From assembly GCA_028289135.1 (NCBI GenBank), contig JAQGGW010000001.1:76018-140017 (forward strand): a stretch of 64,000 nucleotides of DNA. Direction: 5' to 3'. This DNA is from Candidatus Saccharimonadota bacterium. GTDB taxonomy: Bacteria; Patescibacteriota; Saccharimonadia; Saccharimonadales; JACDBH01. This document shows, piece after piece, positions 34,801 to 43,400 of this stretch; within the stretch, counting starts at the first letter, position 1, and the number at the start of each line of letters is the position of its first letter. A program made the translations under genes and the position numbers. The notes under the pieces were generated by a model. It was not told the DNA's origin. It ran no database searches and saw only the letters and a list, made by a program, of their open reading frames with translations.

Positions 34801-36661
34801 CAACACTGCCATTGGCATTGACTGGGCAGTATTGGATGTCATTTTGGTTAGTGCTAACTACAACGCCACCAATAATATAGAGATAGCCGTTATAGACTAC
34901 TGAGGTATGGCTTTCTCTGGCATTTGTAAAGGCACTTGTCTGTTGCGTACATGTACCAACCGAACCATTGGTATTGAGTAGGCAGTATTGGATGTCATTC
35001 TGCTGAGTACCGTTTGTTCCACCAATGATGTACAGGTAGCCGTTATAGGCTACTGAGGTATGAAAAGCTCGTGCGGTGGTAAATGCGGTTGTTTGACTGG
35101 TGCAGGTTCCCACCGAACCATCAGCATTGAATGGGCAGTATTGGATGTCATTTTGGTACGTCGAGCAGGCACCTGCTGTGCAGCCTCCAATTATGTACAG
35201 GTAGCCGTTATAGGCTACTGAGGTATGGCCATCGCGACCAGAAGTAAACGCATTTGTCTGCTGCGTGCAGGCGGCGGCACTCCCGTTAGCGTTAAGCTGA
35301 CATCTCTGAATATCGTTATAGAACGTAGATACGTGATCCCAGCCGCCAATAATATACAGATAGCCGTTATAGACTACTGAGGTATGGCTAGCGCGGGCGG
35401 TGGTAAAACCCGTGGCGTTCGTAGTGAAGACTCCGGTGCTACAGGTGAATCCACTCGGGCATGTAAGACTACCACTGGTGTTAATGGCTGAGAATTGGAT
35501 GTCGCCATAAGCTGACGTACCATCATAACCTCCAACGACATAAATATAGCCGTTATAAGCGACTGAAGCGAAGTTATGCCGCGCAGTCGTAAAAGCCGTT
35601 GTCTGCTGTGTCGTAGCCCCCACTGCCCCACTCCCAATAGTCCCCCTGTTAATCTGGTCTGTTGTGCTGTAGTCAATGTTGCCGGTGTCGCCCGTTCCCA
35701 GGGTAAAGTCACTGGTGGTAGTCACCACAATAGTTGGGTCAATGGTAAGGGGGTAAGTTTGGTTTTTTAGGTTACGGACATGTAGGGTTAAGATGTTGTC
35801 GGTGAATGTGTAGCTCACATCGTCGTAGTTCTTTATGCCTTTGTCATTCAGCATGAATGGTTTTGGGAGTTCATAGACCAACGTGTCTTTGGCCCCGTTC
35901 TTGCGAGCTTTATCTATCAGGGCTTGGCTCTTTTCGTCTCCAACCTGCAGGTTACCAAAGAGGGCTGGATCAGAAGAATAGATACCAATACCACCGTCGG
36001 ACAGCATTCGGGCTTCTAGATCAGTGTCAGCATTAAGTTGCCACTGGTAGTCTTTGGTGTTTTCGCGAGGGCGCTCTGGCATAGTGATGTCGCTCTTAAT
36101 TCCATTTTTCTTGAAGGTGTAGACATGGTGGTCGCTGCCACTTGGGTAGATAACTCGTCCATCAACTTCTTTTGGTTCGGTAACGCCAAACTCAGGGATG
36201 AGGGTAAAGGTACGCTTCCCTTCACTGTCACCAAAGGTAATACCTTTGGATGGGTCCTTGGCCAGGCTGGCACTGTAGGGTTCTTTGCCGGTGGCATCTT
36301 GTTTGGCTGCAATAGAGAGGACTTTTTGGACATCATCTGGAGAGGCTTCTTCGGCACGGTTGTAGGTAAATGCTGTGTCGGTAGTCTTAATAAGTTTGGT
36401 ATCGACAGTGGACTTACCAACTAGAGAGGTTTCTTGTTTGCTTAAAACATAGCGATGTTGTTGGAGACGGTCCATAACAAAGGCTCCAAAGGTAGTAAAA
36501 ACAATGAGGAAAGCCAAAGACAGGACGGTGGCACGGAATGCCACCGTGCGCAATGCGCGCGGGGCACGGCGGAAGAGGTGGGAGTAGGAGCGCCAAACTT
36601 TATGCAAGCGTTTTTTTATAAAACGCCAACTCTTACTAAATAATACATATAACTCACTCAT
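31880..36661 (-). CDS. N-terminally anchored giant protein with 18 Kelch-like blades and a C-terminal Fn3-like module (1593 aa)
   Basis: TM at residues ~40-62. I counted 18 copies of (V/A)YNG(Y/F)(L/I)Y(I/V)xGG with NDIQYCP linkers, and four near-identical inserts CLPSNHATC(T/S)GTVF. The C-terminal module ends TQYWWRAYAIDPGG...ASGINTFTT. Its ATG overlaps the upstream gene's stop (ATGA, 36658-36661). Confidence 0.85.
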   Translation of the reverse strand: MSELYVLFSKSWRFIKKRLHKVWRSYSHLFRRAPRALRTVAFRATVLSLAFLIVFTTFGAFVMDRLQQHRYVLSKQETSLVGKSTVDTKLIKTTDTAFTYNRAEEASPDDVQKVLSIAAKQDATGKEPYSASLAKDPSKGITFGDSEGKRTFTLIPEFGVTEPKEVDGRVIYPSGSDHHVYTFKKNGIKSDITMPERPRENTKDYQWQLNADTDLEARMLSDGGIGIYSSDPALFGNLQVGDEKSQALIDKARKNGAKDTLVYELPKPFMLNDKGIKNYDDVSYTFTDNILTLHVRNLKNQTYPLTIDPTIVVTTTSDFTLGTGDTGNIDYSTTDQINRGTIGSGAVGATTQQTTAFTTARHNFASVAYNGYIYVVGGYDGTSAYGDIQFSAINTSGSLTCPSGFTCSTGVFTTNATGFTTARASHTSVVYNGYLYIIGGWDHVSTFYNDIQRCQLNANGSAAACTQQTNAFTSGRDGHTSVAYNGYLYIIGGCTAGACSTYQNDIQYCPFNADGSVGTCTSQTTAFTTARAFHTSVAYNGYLYIIGGTNGTQQNDIQYCLLNTNGSVGTCTQQTSAFTNARESHTSVVYNGYLYIIGGVVVSTNQNDIQYCPVNANGSVGTCVQKTAAFTTARQSQTSVVYNGYLYILGGETPTQLNDIQYIPLGKGRAGSSTQQAAAFTTARNGHTSVVYNGFLYIIGGCSSGSCGSYLNDISHCPINADGSIGTCVQQTGIFTTARAFHSSEAYNGYLYIVGGNNGVAQQSDLQRCVLNNTTGAVGTCTQQTTAFTGTRESHGSILYNGYLYIVGGDFNTVNQNDIQYTWLDPATGAGCLPSNHATCTGTVFAQQTNAFTTARQALKTTVYNGYLYITGGENPTQQNDIQYCPLNTNGSVGACVQQTNAFTTGRHNHSAVAINGYLYIMGGDNGSGSVLNDLQYCPINSTSHAVGTCVQLSSAFTTARKSHTSVAYNGYIYVIGGWDGTTFFSDIQRMLIGPSNSGAGTATQQTAAFTTTRAYHVSVAYNGYLYITGGTNGTTQQGDIQYTWINPATGAACLPSNHATCTGTVFAQQTSAFTNTRQSHTSVVYNGYIYIVGGDSNLTNQNDIMYAWLDPATGAACLPSNHATCTGTVFARQTSAFTGARQAHSSVVYNGFLYIIGGSASGTNQNDIQYTWLDSSTGAACLPSNHATCSGTVFTQQTSAFTTARSSQSSVAYNGYLYIIGGLATGSVYQSDIQYCPINTNGSIGTCVQQLSAFNTARYDFTAVVYNGYLHIIGGIASGSAYQNDIQYCPIDVSGSVGSCVQQTSAFTTARTGHASVVYNGYLYVVGGLATASAYQNDVQRLASKSMTDSARYERTIDTGASGNTLNSFVINGVAKCSYTVAYKTAGSSFVYGSATTIYNVYPGISQTITVATQRYIQFVATLDDSACGGQSNITDISLTYNSIPSAPTLVLPASGAIGTSVLPEFRMGSADDSSDYLQYKIEVCTTSNCSSVLRTIDQTLSQTGWLAQSLSSSTAYTSGLAVTQLGVHTYQPTALTASTQYWWRAYAIDPGGTNLWSPASGINTFTTGVALPTQINIGGGTSIYSGTTIGG
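32650..35600 (-). repeat. coding repeat array: Kelch-like blades with high DNA identity between units
   Basis: Strings recur, such as ATGTACAGGTAGCCGTTATAGGCTACTGAGGTATG (near 35031 and 35201) and GCAGGTTGCATGGTTTGACGGCAAGCAAGC (near 33291 and 33471). Confidence 0.75.
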
Positions 36662-39600
36662 GGTTTTATAATGACCCCGCCACCAATATTAACATTACCA
36701 CCACTAATTTTGACCTGGTTTGGGGTCGCGCTTGCGACAGTAGTAAACGTATTTATCCCACTTGCTGCGCTAAATGTGCCTATGCCCCCTGGGTCAACTG
36801 CGTACGCCCGCCACCAGTACTGGGTAGACGGACTTAAAGCAGCTGTTTGATATAAATGGATCGCAGTCTGGCCGCTTGTATATGCATTGGCAGTCTGTAC
36901 GCTTTGGCCCGTCCATCCTGTTTGTAAACTTGTTTGGTCAATAGTTCTTACAATGCTCGAACAGGTGTTGGTTGAGCATACGTCTATCTTATATTTTAGA
37001 TAGTCATTGTCTGGGTCGGTTGAATAAAGACGAAATTCGGGGGTCAAAGATACGTTTGTTGAACTATTAACTGGTTGAGTAAGGGTTGGGACGGTTGGAG
37101 TGTAGTTGGTAGTAAAAAGCTGGGTTGACGATGCTGTGCTATAGCTATTGCTACCGCCCGGGTCAATTGCATCAGCTTTCCAGCAATAAACCGTCCCGGC
37201 AGTTAATGTGCCTTGGTACGTGTAAGTAGCAAGCGTTGAAGAACCAATAACAAAATTACCAGCGTACGCGGTGTTACTACCCGCCCCAGCATCCTGCCCT
37301 GTCCAGCCAGTTTGTGGTGTACCGCTTGGCTCAGTAAATGGACTAGAGCCAACCGCGGTAGAACAGTCACTCTGATAAAGATAAATACGGTAGCGTATAT
37401 AGTCATTGTCAGCATCGGTTGATTTTAAAGTAAATACAGGGGTAAGGCTTACGCCGGTAACACCAGAGGTTGGGGTAGAAATAGTTGGTGCATTTGGAGA
37501 ACAATTTGGTTTATCAAACTTAATATCATAAGGCGAACCAGTACCACTTGTGAACATATAAAACGGGCATAGAGCGCTACTGATTGTTGCCGCTGATGTA
37601 AGCCATGTGTTTGTACTGGTTGAATATGAACTAGCTGGCGAACTCCAACTTGTATACGGCGAGCTAGACTTTGAATAATAAGTTGTATTTGACCTTATCC
37701 AGAATATATACAGATCATTTGTGGACGTATTGAGCGTAATAGACGTATAAGCATTGCCAGCATTCGAATCTAATATAACCTGGTTGGACCACATTGGCAT
37801 CTGATTGTAATATATGTCAGTACCATCAGAATACAAATAATCTAGGGGTTTGTTTTGATTATTATTGTTATAAGCCCAACGTACACTAACGTCAGTAAAG
37901 GTACCATTTTGTAAAGTGTTTTCTCCTCCCCATGTACTACCGTTATATGTATCGACAGCTATATCGTCAAGACTATTGATATAGATTATATATACTGTAT
38001 TTCCTGAAACAGCGACACTCGTCTCTTTCCCTACGTTAGAATTAGTTACTGCTGCTTGCCATGTAGACCATGGGTCTCCGTAATTATGCTTAAGCAGAGT
38101 CACGTAGTTTGTTGCCGAGTCTATATATGTAGCCCATGTATTTCCAATTTTATCTACTGCTAATGAGCTCCGGCTGACACTACCGCTGCTATTATTAATA
38201 TTCGTATTTAAATCTTGGATAGTGAAAGATGAGGCATCATTTTGGTTACCTATGGATGCACTTATAGTGGGGTTGGGCGGAGGATCATCGTATAAAATCT
38301 GAGGTTTATCATCCTTGTCCAAAGTGATACTTGCATTGAAACTTGATCCTGATAAATTTGTACTGTTTACAGTTGTTGGTGATGCGTCCCAACTACCTCC
38401 CACCCGATTTGAATACTTTATGGAATAAGGTGGTGATGCTTCCCATTCAAAGACTACGTGAGGCACATTATTTGAATCAATCGATATATCAACTGACCTA
38501 TTAAAACTAATGGCAGCTCCAATTGGTATATTCTCAACTGTCCCGTATGTATCGGATGTCAAAGTATTATATTTAAAAGAACTATCTCCATTTGCAGCTA
38601 AGTAGACTAAATGAAGTTTATCAGTATTGTCGACGGCTATAGCTACTGAATGATTTCCGCTAGATGTATTTGTACAAGTAGGGTGATGTGCACTATCAAC
38701 CTCTACCCACGATAGGCCATCGCTAGACTTCCAAACCCCACATGTACCCCCACTATCTATAAAGCTATATAATGTACCGTTAGATGTTCTTACTATTGAT
38801 CTTGCCTTTGCATCGATTGTGCCGGGGTTTCCCGAATCATTAATCTTGGTTGAAGTCATGTTATTGCTGTTTATCATTTTTTGGAATATTGTTTTGCCAC
38901 CCGAGTCTATGTAGCTTAAATAGGCTTCGCTTGTCGATGAGTTGCTCACTAAAGATGCGTTGGTAGTGTAACCACTCGTTCCGCTTGAGATAAGAACGGG
39001 ATTTGTGTCCCATGTCCCAGCTGTATTTTTATAGCCTTTTATGACAGATCCTTCAGAAATTACCGAATAAATATCTCCTGACGACAGACTTGCAACGTTT
39101 GCATATTGTGTAGAAGTTGTAGTCGCAGGATTAATATTAGAAGCCGTCCATACGCTTATATCGTTTGCATTAGTCGAAACGCTACTAATTATTTGATAAT
39201 TCGTCCCTCCATTGAAGTATTTCGCCGTGACTCTTAGTTTATTGTTTGTGTCTTTTGTCATTGATATAAGCGTTCTGGTTGAACTTGCAATAACTGATCC
39301 TAAACCAATACTAGCTGGCGCGGCTGACCACGCCCAGTTGTTACTTGCAGGATAACTCTGAGCAGATCCAGCTTGCACTGCTGAACAAGTACTTGTAGCG
39401 GTTGTTACGCAGTACGCAAGAAAGATATAGCTAGAGTCACCATAGATTGTAAAATCACTAAGGTTGGTTATGCCAGTGATAGCCGCACTACTATTCTGAG
39501 TCCACGTACTTCCGTTAGATGAATAATATAAACGTATTGAAGTTGAGGTATCCATAATAGCCGCCCAATATAGCGTTCCGTCATACCAAGTTTTACGCTG

Positions 39601-39780
39601 ATGCGAGTACTGAGTGGCGGTTGCGCTTGTAGAAGTATTAATTGTAACTGCGGCTTCTACCCCTGGTGAAATAAAATAAAAGGTAGTTAAAAACACCAGT
39701 AAAACCAAAATGGCACTCAATAAATACTTTTTTTTGATAAATTTATTTTTTGATAAAAATCTAGAAAAACGTTTCCCCAT
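36658..39780 (-). CDS. secreted protein (1040 aa) with Asp-box-like propeller region and two Fn3-like modules
   Basis: Signal peptide (MGKRFSRFLSKNKFIKKKYLLSAILVLLVFLTTFYFISPGVEA). It has SxDGxxW-type motifs (SSDGLSWVE, SSNGSTWTQ) and two C-terminal modules homologous to the Kelch protein's (DNDYxxYxI...GW(T/L)GQ...YWWRAYAVDPGG...GINTFTT). Confidence 0.8.
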   Translation of the reverse strand: MGKRFSRFLSKNKFIKKKYLLSAILVLLVFLTTFYFISPGVEAAVTINTSTSATATQYSHQRKTWYDGTLYWAAIMDTSTSIRLYYSSNGSTWTQNSSAAITGITNLSDFTIYGDSSYIFLAYCVTTATSTCSAVQAGSAQSYPASNNWAWSAAPASIGLGSVIASSTRTLISMTKDTNNKLRVTAKYFNGGTNYQIISSVSTNANDISVWTASNINPATTTSTQYANVASLSSGDIYSVISEGSVIKGYKNTAGTWDTNPVLISSGTSGYTTNASLVSNSSTSEAYLSYIDSGGKTIFQKMINSNNMTSTKINDSGNPGTIDAKARSIVRTSNGTLYSFIDSGGTCGVWKSSDGLSWVEVDSAHHPTCTNTSSGNHSVAIAVDNTDKLHLVYLAANGDSSFKYNTLTSDTYGTVENIPIGAAISFNRSVDISIDSNNVPHVVFEWEASPPYSIKYSNRVGGSWDASPTTVNSTNLSGSSFNASITLDKDDKPQILYDDPPPNPTISASIGNQNDASSFTIQDLNTNINNSSGSVSRSSLAVDKIGNTWATYIDSATNYVTLLKHNYGDPWSTWQAAVTNSNVGKETSVAVSGNTVYIIYINSLDDIAVDTYNGSTWGGENTLQNGTFTDVSVRWAYNNNNQNKPLDYLYSDGTDIYYNQMPMWSNQVILDSNAGNAYTSITLNTSTNDLYIFWIRSNTTYYSKSSSPYTSWSSPASSYSTSTNTWLTSAATISSALCPFYMFTSGTGSPYDIKFDKPNCSPNAPTISTPTSGVTGVSLTPVFTLKSTDADNDYIRYRIYLYQSDCSTAVGSSPFTEPSGTPQTGWTGQDAGAGSNTAYAGNFVIGSSTLATYTYQGTLTAGTVYCWKADAIDPGGSNSYSTASSTQLFTTNYTPTVPTLTQPVNSSTNVSLTPEFRLYSTDPDNDYLKYKIDVCSTNTCSSIVRTIDQTSLQTGWTGQSVQTANAYTSGQTAIHLYQTAALSPSTQYWWRAYAVDPGGIGTFSAASGINTFTTVASATPNQVKISGGNVNIGGGVIIKP

Positions 39781-39868
39781 GCTTAAGCTTAATTATAACA
39801 GAATTAAAGCTAAATAAATCACCATTTTATATCTGTTAATTTGCATATTTACAAGCTCTTGCTTTAGT

Positions 39869-40480
39869 ATGGTTAACTATATGGCGGGAGAACAACAAAA
39901 AGTTGAATACATGACCGATTCTGACGGCGTAAAGTACCAGGTAGTCCGTACGCCACTAGACGATACGAAGGCAAAACGCACGCGTAAAGCGCCAAGGCTA
40001 GCAGGTCGAAAAAGTCTGTGGCCGTTGGCTGCAATCATAATTCTTCTAAGCTTCACTATCATAGGCCTGCTAGTTTATAAATATAAGACAAATCAAAAAC
40101 GCGCTAATAATGTGCCCGTTGCCATTCGGCATGATGTCGATTTCCCAATATATATACCGCTAGCTTCTGGAATTACCATAGATAAAGATTCGTTCGACTA
40201 TTCGGTCAGTGTGCTACAGTTTAATGCCAAAAATTCCGGAACACCGCTGCATTTTGCGGAACAGAAAAAGACCCCGGAATTTGACATTAGTAAATTTGCA
40301 GGTGGTATCCAAATTTCAGGGGTGAAGCAGCTTACACTCCCTCAGGGCCAAGCGGTAATTGGAACAATACAGGACAAAACTATAGCTTTTATGGATACTG
40401 GCAACACAATTATCACCGTAACCGGCAGCCAGTCCGAATCTTTTGCCGAGACTATCTTTCGATCTTTGCAAAAGCTGTAG
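39869..40480 (+). CDS. single-pass membrane protein, paralog 2 of the three-member family
   Basis: 203 aa: basic tail (KAKRTRKAPRLAGRK), TM, then the ecto-domain opening VPVAIRHDVDFPIYIP. It is the only plus-strand gene inside the giant-gene cluster. Confidence 0.7.
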   Translation: MVNYMAGEQQKVEYMTDSDGVKYQVVRTPLDDTKAKRTRKAPRLAGRKSLWPLAAIIILLSFTIIGLLVYKYKTNQKRANNVPVAIRHDVDFPIYIPLASGITIDKDSFDYSVSVLQFNAKNSGTPLHFAEQKKTPEFDISKFAGGIQISGVKQLTLPQGQAVIGTIQDKTIAFMDTGNTIITVTGSQSESFAETIFRSLQKL

Positions 40481-40489
40481 TTTCATATC

Positions 40490-43400
40490 TTACCACCACT
40501 CGAGGGTACTGCCTGCTCTTATAACGACACCACTAGCTGTCGCCGTTTCGGGGGCGAATAGGAACTGGAAAGTACCACTTGCAGAAGGTACTATTACACC
40601 ATCTACTTCATCGATGTTACCAGTTGTAGAAAATGAAGCAGTAGATGCCGTACATGTACTTATTGCGTTTATATTTTGAGTAAGAAGAGTCGTTGCAGCA
40701 CTTGGTGTATTCTGGATTTGTGAAAATAGAGTTGGTGAAGCAGGCGCTGAAACTCCATATCCAACACCAATTGTTGTAGCTGTTCCTGTATGTAATATGT
40801 GAGCATGATATCTATAAACCACGCCAGATGTTACGGAAAATGTTAGCGCAGTGACATTCTGACATGCAACTGATGCAGTACTAGGTATATCTGAAGCAAC
40901 AGTTAATAGGTGGCGATATCCCAAACAATCAGCCCAGGCACCATTTTCATAACAACGGAAGCGTCCCGCATTTGAGTTATAGTACATGCCGCCATTTACA
41001 CCAGTTGGGTCACCAGAGCCTGTTTTAGTGTCAAGAATCAATAGTGTTCCGGTTGTATCGCTTGCGCCTACTGTTATCCTGCTATTAGTAGAATCTAATG
41101 TAAGGAATGCGGTGCCGCCAGCAGTTTGCAGGTTATAGGCAGCCGTTGACGAGTTCGCCACTTTTTCGGTTAAAGTAGCTGCGGTATTTCCGCCAATAAC
41201 AATACTGGTTGCGTTGGTTGGAGCTATATTGAGCGCGGCCGCACCACCGGTATCAACGTTTAGCACTGTAGCGCCGCCACTACTTACCGTAAGTGCCCCG
41301 CCGCTTGTGAGCGTACCGCCAGCCTTAACGGTTACAATTCCTGCGGTTGAAACCTTAAAGACATCAGTTGCGCCACCAGTTTGTGCCAAGAGCAGGTTGC
41401 CCGTGGCGCTTGAGTTGGCTTGGTTCAAATACAGCAGATTTGGCGCGCTTGAGCCAGAAGTAAATGTGCTTAAATCTTCTACAGTCATTAAATTACCCGT
41501 AAGCGCATAAGAAGTACCTGTAACATTACGCCTAAAGTAGAAATCGTTCGTACTATATGCGGCTGTGGCAGTAAGTCCTGTACCACAACTTGTACTACTA
41601 GATTTACAAGCTATGAGTTGATCGGTAGCATTCGTTAGCAGCAAGTTGATATTGCCACCACTACCGGTACCACTACCGATCTGGGTAGTGCCAGATGATG
41701 AGGCAATAATACCAGTGCTGGTTGCGTTATCGTAATACATTTCCAAATAATCCGTGCGTGTACCGCCATGGTTATAGACGCGCAGGCGGTTGGTTGAGCT
41801 GTCGAATGCAAGGTTGTTGTATGTAGCCGTTGAATCTTGCAATACAAATGCCGACGACGAATCCGACTTTTGCAAAAGCGTACCGGTCATAGTGGTGTTG
41901 CCCGTCCAAGTTTTGTCGCCATCAAGACTCTGCGTGGTTCCATTTAGTAAACCCGGGGTTGAGCCTGATGCAGAGCCTAGGGTAATCGTATTACCTCCGG
42001 TAATGGTAGCGCCGTTAGCATATGAGGTTCCGCTCGAAAATGTTCCAATTGTGTTAACGCCACTACCGCCAACTCCCGCACCCTGCATAGATGTCCAGCC
42101 TGTGCCATTCCACATATAGCTGTTGCTGTTACCCGCCGCTAAAACAACTCCGTACAGGGTAAAGCTGACACTACCAACGTTGTTTACATAGACAACACGG
42201 CCAGAGGTTGCCACTCCAGGAGTTGGCAATGTAAGTGTTTGGCTACCCGTGGTTTCGGTAATATCAAAGGTTGTTGCAACGTCTACGGTTGTACTTGCAC
42301 CGGTTGAACCACTACCGCCGGATGGGATGTTACCGCCAGCAGACATACTAACTGGAATTGAGGTAAACAAGGTACTGCTTGCGTTGGTAAACGTACTACC
42401 CGTCGCAACCGTTAGGCTCTTGCCGCCAGTAACAGTTGTGTTGCCGTTGAGTGTAGCTGTGCCGGTGCCGGTACTAAAGCTGCCAGATGATGCAGACTGG
42501 TTAAAGTTACCGCTCGCCCCAAAGGTTATGTTCTTGCCGGCTGTAATAGTAACGTTACTGTTAAGGTTTACGACTCCGGCTCCTGATGAGTTACCGATGG
42601 TGATATCACCTCCTGATGCAGCGGTAAGTTTAATCGCCGCACTCGCGCCTGTGCCCGTGCCACCTTGTAATAGTAATGTGCTTGCAAGTGCCGTCGACCC
42701 AATGTTTACGGTGTTTACTCCGCCTGCTGGTGTGCCGTTTGCGATGTTTACGGTCTTGGCGCCGGTACCACTCGTGTTACCTGTAGCTATATTTATAGTG
42801 TCCGTACCGCTTGCTGTTGCTTGGCCAGCGATAGTAACGCTGGAACCGGTGGTGCTGCCGTTTACGATGTTAACGGTAGGTACACCAGTACCAGCACCAA
42901 TGTTAACGGTTTGAGTAGTCGTGGACGAGCCAAGCGTAATAATACCGCTTCCGCCAGTCGCGCCGATGGTAATCGTACCTGTAGTCTGCGGTGTTAGGGT
43001 GATGGCGGTACCGCTACCACCTTGGATGAGCGTGGTATGCGCAGCGTTTGCATTTGAGCCAATAATAACCGACTGGATAGTGGTGGCGTCACTTGTATCG
43101 GCAATGTGAATGGCAGACGCGCCAATCACTGCACCGACCGAACCAATGTTGATGGTTTTCTGGACGGCATTAGCGCCAATGTTAATTGCACTGCTGGCGC
43201 CACCGGCAGTCTGAAGAGTGATGGCAGACGCACTTGTACCGCCCTGGATTAAGGTTGTGTGCCCACTGGCACCGTTACTGCCCACGACTACCGCGATTGT
43301 TCCGGCAGCACTGGCATTATTGGCTATGTTTACGGACAAAGTAGTTCCGGCTATGACAGAACCGGTTGCGAGGTTAATGGTCTTGCCGGCACCGCTTAGA

